A DNA stretch of 64,000 bases from Casimicrobiaceae bacterium (GTDB lineage: Bacteria; Pseudomonadota; Gammaproteobacteria; Burkholderiales; Casimicrobiaceae). Where the stretch lies: contig DATIQL010000159.1 of NCBI GenBank assembly GCA_035470905.1, positions 693 through 64,692 on the forward strand. Reading direction: 5' to 3'. Positions 25,735 through 34,952 of this stretch are shown piece by piece. How positions within the stretch are numbered: the stretch's first letter is position 1; each line of letters opens with the position of its first letter. The notes under the pieces are model-generated. The model worked only from the letters and a program-made list of their open reading frames with translations, was not told where the DNA came from and did not search any database. The position numbers and the translations under genes were made by a program.

Positions 25735-25975
25735 CGCCCTCATCCTCGACCTGCTCGAATGGGTCGGACAGCGGCCCAAGCCGTACCGCGAAGTCATGGA
25801 AATCTGGCGCACGTCGTGCCCACGCCTGCCAGTTTGGGAAGAAGCGAATTCGCGCGGGTACATCGCACGTCATCACGAGCCGGGGAAGGAATCCCGGGTG
25901 TCAGTGAGCGAGGCCGGGGCGGCGCACCTGGCGCTGCACCGACCGACCCATTGGTCCCCGGTCGACCCGCCATAG
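25718..25975 (+). CDS. hypothetical small protein (possibly winged-helix-like)
   Basis: GGAGG lies 6 nt before the ATG. Overlaps the lanC-like 3' end by 17 nt. 85 aa. Confidence 0.5.
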   Translation: MQDPVDALILDLLEWVGQRPKPYREVMEIWRTSCPRLPVWEEANSRGYIARHHEPGKESRVSVSEAGAAHLALHRPTHWSPVDPP

Positions 25976-26188
25976 ACCACGCTCGCTCCCAATGCGAAAG
26001 GACCATGCGCCGGAAGCCGGTGCGGGCGTCGTTCGAGGGATGGCGACACCTCCAAAGCGCGCCGCTCGGTCGGCCCGTCAGGCGGCATTCAAAGCTTGCG
26101 CCAGCGGCGTGGAGGTATGCTCCGTCTTCGGAAATTTCTTGCTGTGGCAGAAGGGACCCGATCAACGAAACCCGCAAGGAGGAATTTC

Positions 26189-26704
26189 ATGAACAGATTC
26201 CACGCAATGATGTCGACGAGTGTGGCACTGCTGATTCTTGGATTGACTCTGCCGCCGCGCGACGCGTTCGGGCAGCACCAGGCGTTGAAAGACAGGATTG
26301 TCGGCACCTGGACATACGTGTCGGTTGATGTCGTCGGCGCGGATGGCAGCCGGGTCCCGATGTATGGTCCCAATCCCTCCGGCGTTGCGATGTTCGACCG
26401 CAACGGGCGGTACATGCTACTCACGGCGCGGCGTGGTCAGTCGAAATTCGCTTCGAACAATCGCCTGCAGGGCACTCCGGACGAGAACAAGGCCGTCGTG
26501 CACGACAACATCGCCCACTTCGGCCGGTACACGGTCGATGAAGCCGATGGCACGATCACCTTTCACATCGAGACCAGCACGTTTCCAAACTGGAACGGGA
26601 CCGAGCAGAAACGACCATTCACCCTCAGAGGGGACGAGTTGCGATGGGTAACACCCGGATCCAGTGGTGGAACGGCCGAGGTGGTACTGAAGCGGGCGAG
26701 CTAG
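26189..26704 (+). CDS. lipocalin-like domain protein, secreted
   Basis: AAGGAGG RBS and a signal peptide. IVGTWTYVS...GTITFHIETSTFPNWNGTEQKRPF. Confidence 0.75.
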   Translation: MNRFHAMMSTSVALLILGLTLPPRDAFGQHQALKDRIVGTWTYVSVDVVGADGSRVPMYGPNPSGVAMFDRNGRYMLLTARRGQSKFASNNRLQGTPDENKAVVHDNIAHFGRYTVDEADGTITFHIETSTFPNWNGTEQKRPFTLRGDELRWVTPGSSGGTAEVVLKRAS

Positions 26705-26720
26705 CATCCGGTCTCGCCGA

Positions 26721-27107
26721 ATGGATCGGCCAGCCATGAACGTTCGCCAGCTCAGAGATCTCTGCGGCAGGCTTCCCGGGGCCGACGAAACCTTGTACGG
26801 AGAGCCGAGCAATTTTCTCGTCTACTCCGTCGGCGGCAAGCCCTTCGCCTATTTCAAGACCAGCGAGCCGGAAAGGTGGCGCTTCAGCACCCGAGTCACG
26901 CCCGACCGGTTCCTCGAATTGACGGATATCCCCGGCATAAAGCCAGCGAGATACAGGGGACGCTTCCATTGGATCACCATCGTCGAAGTGCACCGTTTTC
27001 CCGGCGCCTATCTGACCGAGTTGGTCGAGTCGTCATACCGAAGGGCCTTCGGATCCCTGAGCAAGGCCAGACAGATTGCGCTTCGCACAGCTTCCGGCGA
27101 AGCCTGA
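26721..27107 (+). CDS. MmcQ/YjbR family DNA-binding protein
   Basis: ...KPFAYF...RFHWITI. The stop lies in GCCTGAC (27103-27109). Confidence 0.7.
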   Translation: MDRPAMNVRQLRDLCGRLPGADETLYGEPSNFLVYSVGGKPFAYFKTSEPERWRFSTRVTPDRFLELTDIPGIKPARYRGRFHWITIVEVHRFPGAYLTELVESSYRRAFGSLSKARQIALRTASGEA

Positions 27108-27123
27108 CCCCCTTCGCGCCGGG

Positions 27124-27642
27124 ATGAACATTCCCCCGCAGTCACCATCCGATTTGCTCGTGAAGCGGGCAGCGCCCGAGGACCGCCTTGCGCTCCATCG
27201 GATGCTCGAGCTGTACCAGCACGACCTGTCGGACATCTGGGACCAGGATCTCGATCTTCACGGAGAGTACGGCTATCCGCTCGATCGGTACTGGCAGGAC
27301 TCGCGTTGCCATCCGTACGTCTTCCTCGTCGGCGGTCACTACGCCGGCTTCGCTCTCGTGGACCCGCGCGTGCGGATCCCCGGCGATGACTTCTGGATGG
27401 ATCAGTTCTTCGTGATGAAGAAGTATCGGCGCGCGGGCGCCGGGCGGGCCGCAGCGAACCGGGTCTTCGGCCTGCATCCCGGCAGCTGGCAGGTCGGCCA
27501 AATGCCCGGCAACCACGCCGCACAGGCGTTCTGGCGAAGCACGATCCGCGCGTTCTCCGCTGGTCTCTACGAGGAGACGCGCATCACCTCGGGCTGGTGG
27601 CAAGGCGTCGTTCAGCGCTTTGCCTCGGACGCGCAGCGCTGA
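27124..27642 (+). CDS. GNAT family acetyltransferase
   Basis: MLELYQHDLSD...FFVMKKYRRAGAGRAAA. Confidence 0.75.
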   Translation: MNIPPQSPSDLLVKRAAPEDRLALHRMLELYQHDLSDIWDQDLDLHGEYGYPLDRYWQDSRCHPYVFLVGGHYAGFALVDPRVRIPGDDFWMDQFFVMKKYRRAGAGRAAANRVFGLHPGSWQVGQMPGNHAAQAFWRSTIRAFSAGLYEETRITSGWWQGVVQRFASDAQR

Positions 27643-27938
27643 CGCACGCTTCTCGATCGGAACGAAAGGGCCGCCGCCGGGAGAGAGTGATGGAACGAGC
27701 GCAGAAGAAGAGCTGGAAGACGCTCGCCTTGCCGTTGGTCGCCCTCGCGGGCGGTTTCATTCTGTCCTTCGTCGCCCTGGGAGCATTTTGCTGCTTTCGG
27801 CGCCTCCGCGGGATAATGCCGCAGCGGCGCGGTCTCTGGCTCCCGGCGGCTGCTCGTGCAGGACATCCCGCCTTTCCGCAAGGGCATGTGGGAATTCCAT
27901 CGCACCGTCGAAGGACAGGGCGCCATCGGAGACTGCAC

Positions 27939-28424
27939 GTGTCCACCATCGAGCAGCGAATTGCGGATCTCGGCCTGACGCTCCCGGCGGCGCTGCAACT
28001 TCCGCCGGGCGTCGTGCTGCCCTTTCCCTGGGTGCGGACCGTCGGCCGCAGAGCGATCATTTCCGGTCACGGACCGACCAACGTCGATGGCTCGCTCGCG
28101 CTGCCGCTCGGCAAGGTCGGGCGCGACGTGTCGCTGGAGCAGGCCCACGCTGCGGCACGGCTGACCGGCTTGGCCATCCTGGCCAGCCTGAAGCGCGAGC
28201 TCGGCGAGCTCGACCGAATTGCCGCCTGGACGCGGGTTTTCGGCATGGTCAACTCGGCGCCGGGCTTCAACAGGCAGCCCGCAGTCATCAATGGCTTCAC
28301 CGACCTCATCGTCGAGATCTTCGGTCCTGCGAAGGGGGCCCATGCACGCAGTGCGGTGGGAATGGCCGAGCTTCCGTTCGACATCCCGGTCGAGATCGAG
28401 GGCGAGGTTCAGCTCTTTCCGTGA
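27939..28424 (+). CDS. RidA/YjgF family protein
   Basis: GTG start. IEQRIADLGLTLP...ARSAVGMAELPFDIPVEIEGE. Confidence 0.75.
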   Translation: MSTIEQRIADLGLTLPAALQLPPGVVLPFPWVRTVGRRAIISGHGPTNVDGSLALPLGKVGRDVSLEQAHAAARLTGLAILASLKRELGELDRIAAWTRVFGMVNSAPGFNRQPAVINGFTDLIVEIFGPAKGAHARSAVGMAELPFDIPVEIEGEVQLFP

Positions 28425-28548
28425 CGACATGAAATTCACCGTCCGCCCCGTCACCGAAGCCGCGGCACCGACTCCCCCTCCCAGCCAACCGCGTGCGGCG
28501 GCATCTGGACTCGAACCCTAGGCCGCGGATTCGACACACCGAACCCTC

Positions 28549-29004
28549 ATGCAAATTCGACTCGACGACCTCTCCGGCCCTGAAGTGCGCGCCCTGCTGG
28601 AAGAGCACCTCAGCAGCATGGCCCGACTTTCGCCGCCCGAGAGCGTGCATGCGCTGGACATCGACGCCCTGCGCAAGCCGGAGATCACTTTCTGGACCGT
28701 GTGGTCGGAGGACCAGCTGCTCGGCTGTGGCGCCCTCAAGCAACTCGACCCCAGGCACGGGGAGGTCAAGTCCATGCGCACTTCCTCTGCCCACCGGCGG
28801 AAGGGCGTCGCAAGGACGATGCTGGCCCAGATCGTTGCCGAAGCCCGCAAGCGTTCTTATGTTCGCCTGAGTCTGGAGACGGGCTCCATGGAGGCGTTCG
28901 AGCCCGCGCGACGGTTGTATGAGGGTTTCGGCTTCACCTACTGCGCGCCGTTTGCCGACTATGTCGAAGACCCGAACAGCGTCTTCATGACCCGTGCACT
29001 CTGA
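28549..29004 (+). CDS. GNAT family N-acetyltransferase
   Basis: GEVKSMRTSSAHRRKGVARTML...ARRLYEGFGF. Confidence 0.85.
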   Translation: MQIRLDDLSGPEVRALLEEHLSSMARLSPPESVHALDIDALRKPEITFWTVWSEDQLLGCGALKQLDPRHGEVKSMRTSSAHRRKGVARTMLAQIVAEARKRSYVRLSLETGSMEAFEPARRLYEGFGFTYCAPFADYVEDPNSVFMTRAL

Positions 29005-29055
29005 GCAGCCCTCAGTGAGTACCGCCTGAGGTTCCAGGCTGGCATCGGGGCCGCC

Positions 29056-29457
29056 ATGTTCGCAGGTCATATCGGGGCCGGTCTGGCCATCGCTCGAGCC
29101 GAGAGGCGAGTGAACGTCGGTGCATTCATTGCAGCGGCGCTCCTGCTCGACTTGCTGCTTTGGTCCTTCGTTCTCCTCGCCTGGTCCGCCATCGCGGGCG
29201 GCGCGGTGTTCATCTGGCATGCGCCCCGCCAGGCACTTCGGTGGCGTGCCAGCGCACTCGTCGCTGCGGCGGTCTGGTCGCATTGGCAGGCGGCTCGTTG
29301 GCAATCCTCATCGTGGTTTGCGCGCTTGCCGGCTGGCTCGGTAAGCTTCCGCGTGAGCAGCGGGCCTGACCCAAACCGAACGGCCGGCACTTCGCCCGCT
29401 TCGGGCGCCGCGAGACCCGACCCGATCGTCCACATCACGTGCCCGGAACTCCCATGA
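29056..29457 (+). pseudogene. membrane protein, probably frameshifted after about 45 codons
   Basis: The N-terminus MFAGHIGAGLAIARAERRVNVGAFIAAALLLDLLLW looks like a conserved membrane hydrolase-like family. The remainder is Arg/Ser/Ala-rich and not protein-like. Confidence 0.3.
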
Positions 29458-29837
29458 ACAGAAGACTCATCAGCTCGGGCTCCACCTTCGAGGAGCAGAT
29501 CGGCTATTCCCGTGCAGTGGTCGCCGGCGACTGGGTATTCGTCTCCGGCACCACCGGCTTCGACTACGGCACCATGTCCATCCCGGACGGCATCCTCCAG
29601 CAGACCGAGCAATGCCTGAAGAACATCGAGTCGGCACTGAGGGAGGCGAACGCAAGTCTCCGGGATGTCGTGCGCGTGACCTACGTCCTGCCCGATGGAA
29701 ATGAGTTCGAGCAGTGCTGGCCGGTGTTGCGCAAGTATTTCGGCGAGGTACGCCCGGCCGCGATGATGATTTCCGCCGGCCTGGCGGATCCGCGGATGAA
29801 GATCGAGATCGAAGTCACGGCGCTGAAACGCCCGTAG
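29454..29837 (+). CDS. RidA family protein
   Basis: GYSRAVVAGDWVFVSGTTG...EIEVTA. Confidence 0.85.
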   Translation: MNRRLISSGSTFEEQIGYSRAVVAGDWVFVSGTTGFDYGTMSIPDGILQQTEQCLKNIESALREANASLRDVVRVTYVLPDGNEFEQCWPVLRKYFGEVRPAAMMISAGLADPRMKIEIEVTALKRP

Positions 29838-29878
29838 GCGTCGAAACGCCTGCTATTGCAGGAATCAAGGGTCACTCC

Positions 29879-30316
29879 ATGCCGACGACGTCGAGCGGTT
29901 GGTTCTTCTGGGCAGCGCTGTCTGCCTGCTTCGCCGCACTCACGGCCATCCTTGCCAAGATCGGCATCCAGGGCGTCGATTCCGATTACGCAACCCTCGT
30001 CCGGACCGTCATCATCGTGTTCGTTCTTGCGGCCTTCGTCTGGCATGCGGGCAAGTGGAGCGACCCACGTTCGCTGTCGTCGAAAACGATTCTCTTTCTC
30101 TCGCTGTCGGCGCTCGCAACGGGCGCGTCCTGGGTCTGCTATTTCCGCGCGCTCAAGATCGGCGAAGCGTCCAAGGTGGCGCCCGTCGACAAGTTCAGCC
30201 TCGTGCTGGTCGCGGTCTTTGCGTTCGCCTTCCTCGGCGAGCGTCCTTCCGCCCGGGAGTGGTTCGGCATCGGCCTGGTGGCCAGCGGCGTGCTGGTCCT
30301 GGGGCTCGAGCGGTAG
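29879..30316 (+). CDS. EamA-like small transporter (single EamA repeat)
   Basis: 145 aa, 4-5 TM segments. ILAKIGIQGVDS...APVDKFSLVL. Confidence 0.75.
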   Translation: MPTTSSGWFFWAALSACFAALTAILAKIGIQGVDSDYATLVRTVIIVFVLAAFVWHAGKWSDPRSLSSKTILFLSLSALATGASWVCYFRALKIGEASKVAPVDKFSLVLVAVFAFAFLGERPSAREWFGIGLVASGVLVLGLER

Positions 30317-30472
30317 CCGCGATGCACGTGATCAGGAGGCCGGTCGACTCCCTTTCCGCGCGGCTTCCGTTCCATCCCGACCGACTGCCGGAACTGCTGC
30401 GTGCGCAAGGGTCGCGAGTCTCGAACGCGCCCGCGCGGTAACATCTGGCGCCTGAAAACCCGCACCGATCCA

Positions 30473-31030
30473 ATGCCTCTCCCCGCCGTCACCCGCATCG
30501 TGTCGCCGCGCCTGACCCTCCGGCCGGTGGCCGCGTCCGACATCGCAGACCTGCTGGAAGTCAATGGCGATCCGGAGGCGACTCGCTTCCTGCCCTACCC
30601 GACGTGGCAGTCCGCCCAGGACGGCGCTGCGTGGCTCTCCCGGATGGAGGCACTCGCGTCCTCGGGCACGGGGCAGCAACTCGTCCTGGTGCGCAATGGC
30701 GACTCGAAGGTGATCGGTGGCCTGCTCGTCTTCAGGTACGAGGAGGCGAGCGGGCGCCTGGAGATCGGATACGTCCTGGGACGCAACCACTGGGGCCAGG
30801 GCCTGATGCGAGAGGCGATCGCGGCCATGTGCTCACATGCTTTCACGTCGATGAACGTTCGCCGCATCGAAGCCGAGGTCGATCCGGCCAACATCGCTTC
30901 GAACCGCCTCCTGCTCGGCATCGGCTTCGTCCTGGAGGGGACCCTGCGCCAGCGCTGGGTCGCCAAAGGGGTCGCCTACGACACCAACATCTATGGCTAC
31001 CTCGTCGATGATTGGCGCCGGGCGCCATGA
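30473..31030 (+). CDS. GNAT family (RimJ/RimL-like) N-acetyltransferase
   Basis: SPRLTLRPVAASD...EIGYVLGRNHWGQGLMREA...NIASNRLLLGIGF. Confidence 0.85.
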   Translation: MPLPAVTRIVSPRLTLRPVAASDIADLLEVNGDPEATRFLPYPTWQSAQDGAAWLSRMEALASSGTGQQLVLVRNGDSKVIGGLLVFRYEEASGRLEIGYVLGRNHWGQGLMREAIAAMCSHAFTSMNVRRIEAEVDPANIASNRLLLGIGFVLEGTLRQRWVAKGVAYDTNIYGYLVDDWRRAP

Positions 31031-31065
31031 CTTCGCAAACGCACAGGCAACGGCACCCTGATCCG

Positions 31066-31689
31066 ATGCTCAAAGTCCTGGGCAAGGCCTCCTCGATCAA
31101 TGTGCGCAAGGTCCTGTGGACCTGCGTGGAGCTGGGCCTGCCCTGCGAACAGGAGCAGTGGGGCTCGGGCTTCCGGTCAACCGAGACTCCCGAATTCAAG
31201 GCCCTCAACCCCAACGCAACGGTTCCCGTGCTCGTCGATGGTGACCTGGTGCTGTGGGAATCGAACGCGATCTGCCGTTACCTCGCAGCGCGCGAGCAGC
31301 GGTTCGATCTGTTGCCCGACGATCCGGCGCAGCGTGCCGTGGTCGAGCAGTGGATGGATTGGCAGGCAACCGAGCTCAACAACTCCTGGCGCTATGCGTT
31401 CATGGGGCTGGTGCGCCAGAGTCCCGCCCATGCGGATCGCGCCGCCATTGCGGCCGGCGTTGCCGGCTGGAACCGTCACATGACCATTCTGGACGCCCAG
31501 CTGTCGCGCACCGGCGCCCATGTCACTGGCGACGCATTCACCCTTGCAGACATCGTGCTTGGGCTTTCGACCAACCGGTGGTTCATGACGCCGATGGACC
31601 GACCGCGATTGCCGGCCGTGGAGGCGTACCACGAACGGCTCGGCGAACGGCCCGGCTATCGCGCGCACGGTCGCAACGGTACGCCCTAG
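31066..31689 (+). CDS. glutathione S-transferase
   Basis: SSINVRKVLW...VPVLVDGDLVLWESNAICRYL. Confidence 0.85.
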   Translation: MLKVLGKASSINVRKVLWTCVELGLPCEQEQWGSGFRSTETPEFKALNPNATVPVLVDGDLVLWESNAICRYLAAREQRFDLLPDDPAQRAVVEQWMDWQATELNNSWRYAFMGLVRQSPAHADRAAIAAGVAGWNRHMTILDAQLSRTGAHVTGDAFTLADIVLGLSTNRWFMTPMDRPRLPAVEAYHERLGERPGYRAHGRNGTP

Positions 31690-31723
31690 GCCCGATCGCA
31701 TTCGACCTTTCGAGGGGATTCCG

Positions 31724-32872
31724 ATGAAGCGCAGCACCGATCGATTTCTCACGACGCACACGGGCAGTCTGCCGCGGCCCGAGGACCTGATCCGGACGAT
31801 GTACGCCAAGGAGGAAGGCGTGCCGGTCGATGCCGCCGCGCTGTCGCAGCGAATCGCTGCCGCCGTCGACGAAGTCGTGCGCAAGCAGGCGGTGGCGGGC
31901 GTCGACGTGGTCAACGACGGCGAGATGAGCAAGCCGAGCTATGCGACCTACATCAAGGATCGCCTGAGCGGATTCGGCGGCACCGGCAACACCTTCGTCT
32001 ACCAGGACCTGGCCGAATTCCCCAGCCTCGAAAAGCGGGTCTTCGGCGATCCGGGGCGGTCGCGCCGGAAGACGCCTGCGTGCAACGCCGCGATCGGCGT
32101 GCGCGATCCGCAGGGGGCGCAGAACGACGTCGACCACCTGAAAGCGGCGCTCGCCTCGGTCGAAGTGCAGGACGCGTTCCTGACGGCCGCGTCGCCCGGC
32201 GTGGTATCGCTGTTCTTCCGCAACGACCACTACCCGACCGAGGAAGCGTACCTGTTCGCGATCGCGGACGCGATGCGGCAGGAGTACGAGACCATCGCCA
32301 ACGCCGGCCTCGTCCTGCAGATCGACTGCCCCGATCTCGGCATGGGCCGGCATATCCAGTACGCCGGCCTCAGCCTGGCCGAATGGCGCAAGAAGGCGCA
32401 GCTCCACGTCGAGGCCCTCAATCACGCGGTGGCGAACATCCCACCCGAGCAGTTGCGCATGCACCTGTGCTGGGGCAACTACGAGGGCCCGCATCACTGC
32501 GACGTGCCCCTGGCCGACGTCATCGACATCGTGTTCCGTGCGCGGCCCTCGGCCATCGCCCTCGAGGCCGCCAACCCGCGCCACGCACACGAGTGGAAGC
32601 TGTTCGAGACCGTGAGGTTGCCGGAGGGCAAGCTCCTCATTCCGGGCGTCATCGAATCGAAGTCGAACTTCATCGAACATCCCGAGCTCATCGCGCAGCG
32701 CATCGGCCGGTACGCGCAGCTCGTGGGTCGCGAAAACGTGATCGCCGGCAGCGACTGCGGCTTCGGCACCTGGGTGGGCCAGGCTGCAGTCGACCCCGAG
32801 GTCGTGTGGGCGAAGATGGCTGCGATGGCCGAGGGCGCGCGCATCGCGTCACGCGAATTCTGGAAGCACTGA
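31724..32872 (+). CDS. cobalamin-independent methionine synthase II family (MetE C-terminal-like) protein
   Basis: THTGSLPRP...NDGEMSK...HLCWGN...SDCGFG. Confidence 0.8.
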   Translation: MKRSTDRFLTTHTGSLPRPEDLIRTMYAKEEGVPVDAAALSQRIAAAVDEVVRKQAVAGVDVVNDGEMSKPSYATYIKDRLSGFGGTGNTFVYQDLAEFPSLEKRVFGDPGRSRRKTPACNAAIGVRDPQGAQNDVDHLKAALASVEVQDAFLTAASPGVVSLFFRNDHYPTEEAYLFAIADAMRQEYETIANAGLVLQIDCPDLGMGRHIQYAGLSLAEWRKKAQLHVEALNHAVANIPPEQLRMHLCWGNYEGPHHCDVPLADVIDIVFRARPSAIALEAANPRHAHEWKLFETVRLPEGKLLIPGVIESKSNFIEHPELIAQRIGRYAQLVGRENVIAGSDCGFGTWVGQAAVDPEVVWAKMAAMAEGARIASREFWKH

Positions 32873-32908
32873 GGTGGCTTCCGCAACCCCAGGCAGCGGC
32901 GGCTGCGC

Positions 32909-33586
32909 GTGAGACACCTCCTCGACGATGTCGCGTGGAATGCCCTCACCGGGCCGCACGCGAAATACGCGACCGGCACGGGCGGCGCACGCCGATACGC
33001 TCGGGGCTTCTCGCCGATTGTCGGTTTCGAGAATGGCGAGCACCCCGACTTCGAAGCCTTGACCGGCTGCTGCCGGTCCGGCGAGCAGCTTTACTGCGCC
33101 GGCTGGTCGGGAACCGCGCCGGCCGGCTGGCAGGTCGATGAAGAATCGACGATGTTCAGGATGGTCTGGGATGCGGCAATGCCCGCCGCCGACGAAGCTA
33201 CCGACGCCCGCAGGCTCGGACCGGAGCACGCATCACAGGCCCTCGATCTCGCCACGCTCACCCGTCCGGGTCCTTTTGGGCCGAGGACCATCGAGCTCGG
33301 CGAGTATTTCGGTGTCTTCGAAGGGTCGCGGCTGGTGGCCATGGCCGGCGAGCGCATGCACGCGGGCAGCTTCCGGGAAATCAGCGGCGTGTGCACGCAT
33401 CCCGATTTCCAGGGTCGCGGCTTTGCGCGGCGGCTGATGATCCGGCTGCTGCGCCGCCAGATGCAGCGTCGTGAAACGCCGTTCCTGCACGTCATGCGGG
33501 ACAACGAGGCGGCCCACCGGCTCTACGAGCGGATGGGCTTTCGCATCTACCGGGAAACCGTCGTTCGCGTCATTGCACGGCCATGA
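32909..33586 (+). CDS. GNAT family (FR47-like) acetyltransferase
   Basis: GTG start. VCTHPDFQGRGFARRLM...NEAAHRLYERMGF. Confidence 0.8.
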   Translation: MRHLLDDVAWNALTGPHAKYATGTGGARRYARGFSPIVGFENGEHPDFEALTGCCRSGEQLYCAGWSGTAPAGWQVDEESTMFRMVWDAAMPAADEATDARRLGPEHASQALDLATLTRPGPFGPRTIELGEYFGVFEGSRLVAMAGERMHAGSFREISGVCTHPDFQGRGFARRLMIRLLRRQMQRRETPFLHVMRDNEAAHRLYERMGFRIYRETVVRVIARP

Positions 33587-33617
33587 ACGATGCAGCGCAG
33601 GAGATCTTCGACTCTCC

Positions 33618-33896
33618 ATGAACCTCAATCAGGTCACGCTGCCGGCGCTCGACGTTGCGGAATCCGTCGCGTTCTACCGACGCATGGGTTTCGAGCTCAT
33701 CGTCGACTCGCCGCATTACGCGCGATTCGCGTGCCCCCAGGGCGGTGCGTCGTTTTCCGTGCATCGCGTGAGTGCGGTGCCGGAGGAATCCGCCGTCGTC
33801 GTCTACTTCGAGGACGAGGCGCTCGAGCAGGTCGATGGGGCTCGCCGAAGTGAGCCGGCGCCCGCCGGCCCGAACGACGATCGCCAGGCATCCTGA
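33618..33896 (+). pseudogene. VOC family protein, C-terminally truncated
   Basis: MNLNQVTLPALDVAESVAFYRRMGFELIV, then the second beta-alpha-beta-beta-beta half is missing. The stop abuts the next gene. Confidence 0.5.
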
Positions 33897-33897
33897 T

Positions 33898-34569
33898 TTG
33901 TTCCACGCTGCCATCTTCGACATGGACGGGCTTCTCATCGACTCCGAGCGCGCGATCATGCGCGCGTGGATCGACGCCGCGCGGGACTGCGGGATCACAC
34001 TCGAGCCGGAGGCCTACGCCGACGTCGTCGGCCGCGCGGAGCCCGAGTCCAACGCGATCCTCGTCCGTCTTCTGGGTGGGGGCGACGCGTTTCGCGCCGT
34101 CCGGTCCCGCGCTGCCGGAGTGCTATCGCGCGAGAACCGTGACCGGGTCTTCCCGTTGAAATCCGGCGTCCGCGAGCTTCTGGTGCTGCTGCGATCCATG
34201 GACGTCCTCTGTGCGGTTGCCTCGTCGTCGGCTGCGGCGGAGATCCGCCATCGCCTTGGCGCGGTCGACGTTCTCACGCACTTCGGGGCCGTTGCCGGCG
34301 GTGACGAGGTGCCGCGCGGCAAACCCGACCCCGCCGTCTACCAGCTTGCGGCCGCGCGCCTCGGCGTTCCCGCGAGCGCGTGCCTGGCCTTCGAGGACAG
34401 CGAGAACGGCGCCAGGGCTGCGCTCGCTGCCGGCGCACAGGTCGTGCTGGTTCCGGATCTCCGATCCCCACCCGACGCCGTGACGCGGAGCAGCGTCAGG
34501 GTGCTTGGGACCCTGACCGAAGCGCTCGCCTACGTGCCGGGGTGGTTTGCCGCCGCTCGGGACGCGTGA
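33898..34569 (+). CDS. HAD family hydrolase (beta-phosphoglucomutase-like)
   Basis: TTG start. AAIFDMDGLLIDSE...KPDP...FEDSENG. Confidence 0.8.
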   Translation: MFHAAIFDMDGLLIDSERAIMRAWIDAARDCGITLEPEAYADVVGRAEPESNAILVRLLGGGDAFRAVRSRAAGVLSRENRDRVFPLKSGVRELLVLLRSMDVLCAVASSSAAAEIRHRLGAVDVLTHFGAVAGGDEVPRGKPDPAVYQLAAARLGVPASACLAFEDSENGARAALAAGAQVVLVPDLRSPPDAVTRSSVRVLGTLTEALAYVPGWFAAARDA

Positions 34570-34680
34570 TCGGGATGCCGACATCCATGCGGCCCGCGCC
34601 GGAATGACAACGGATCGTCCACACGACGAACGCTTCGACCGACACGCACGACCTGAACCGCGCCCGGAGGATTCGCTACC

Positions 34681-34899
34681 ATGAGAAGACTCGGCATCGG
34701 CCTGCTCTACGCAATCGTCGGCTACGTCGTCGTCGCGATTGCCGGCTATTTCCTGACCGATCTGCTGTCGTCCAACGCCCACGACCGGGCTGTCGAGGCC
34801 GCGATGACCAGCGCTCTCGTGTGGGGGCCTCTCGGGGCGCTGGTGGCGTTCGCGGTCGGCTTCGTTCGCAGCGGGCGCAAGCCCGGTGGACGGGAGTAG
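34681..34899 (+). CDS. small membrane protein
   Basis: 72 aa with two TM helices. Confidence 0.5.
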   Translation: MRRLGIGLLYAIVGYVVVAIAGYFLTDLLSSNAHDRAVEAAMTSALVWGPLGALVAFAVGFVRSGRKPGGRE

Positions 34900-34952
34900 C
34901 GAATCGGCCATGGCACGCTTGCGCCCTTTCTGAACCGGAACGTCATTCGCTC

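Noticed and set aside
27690-27938. Small TM ORF (MERAQKKSWKTLALPLVALAGGFILSFVALGAFCCF...) in frame with and upstream of RidA
   Set aside because: It runs without a stop into the RidA reading frame. After the hydrophobic stretch the sequence is Arg/Pro-rich and unlike protein. RidA homologues start near the GTG at 27939, so this is most likely a non-coding leader.
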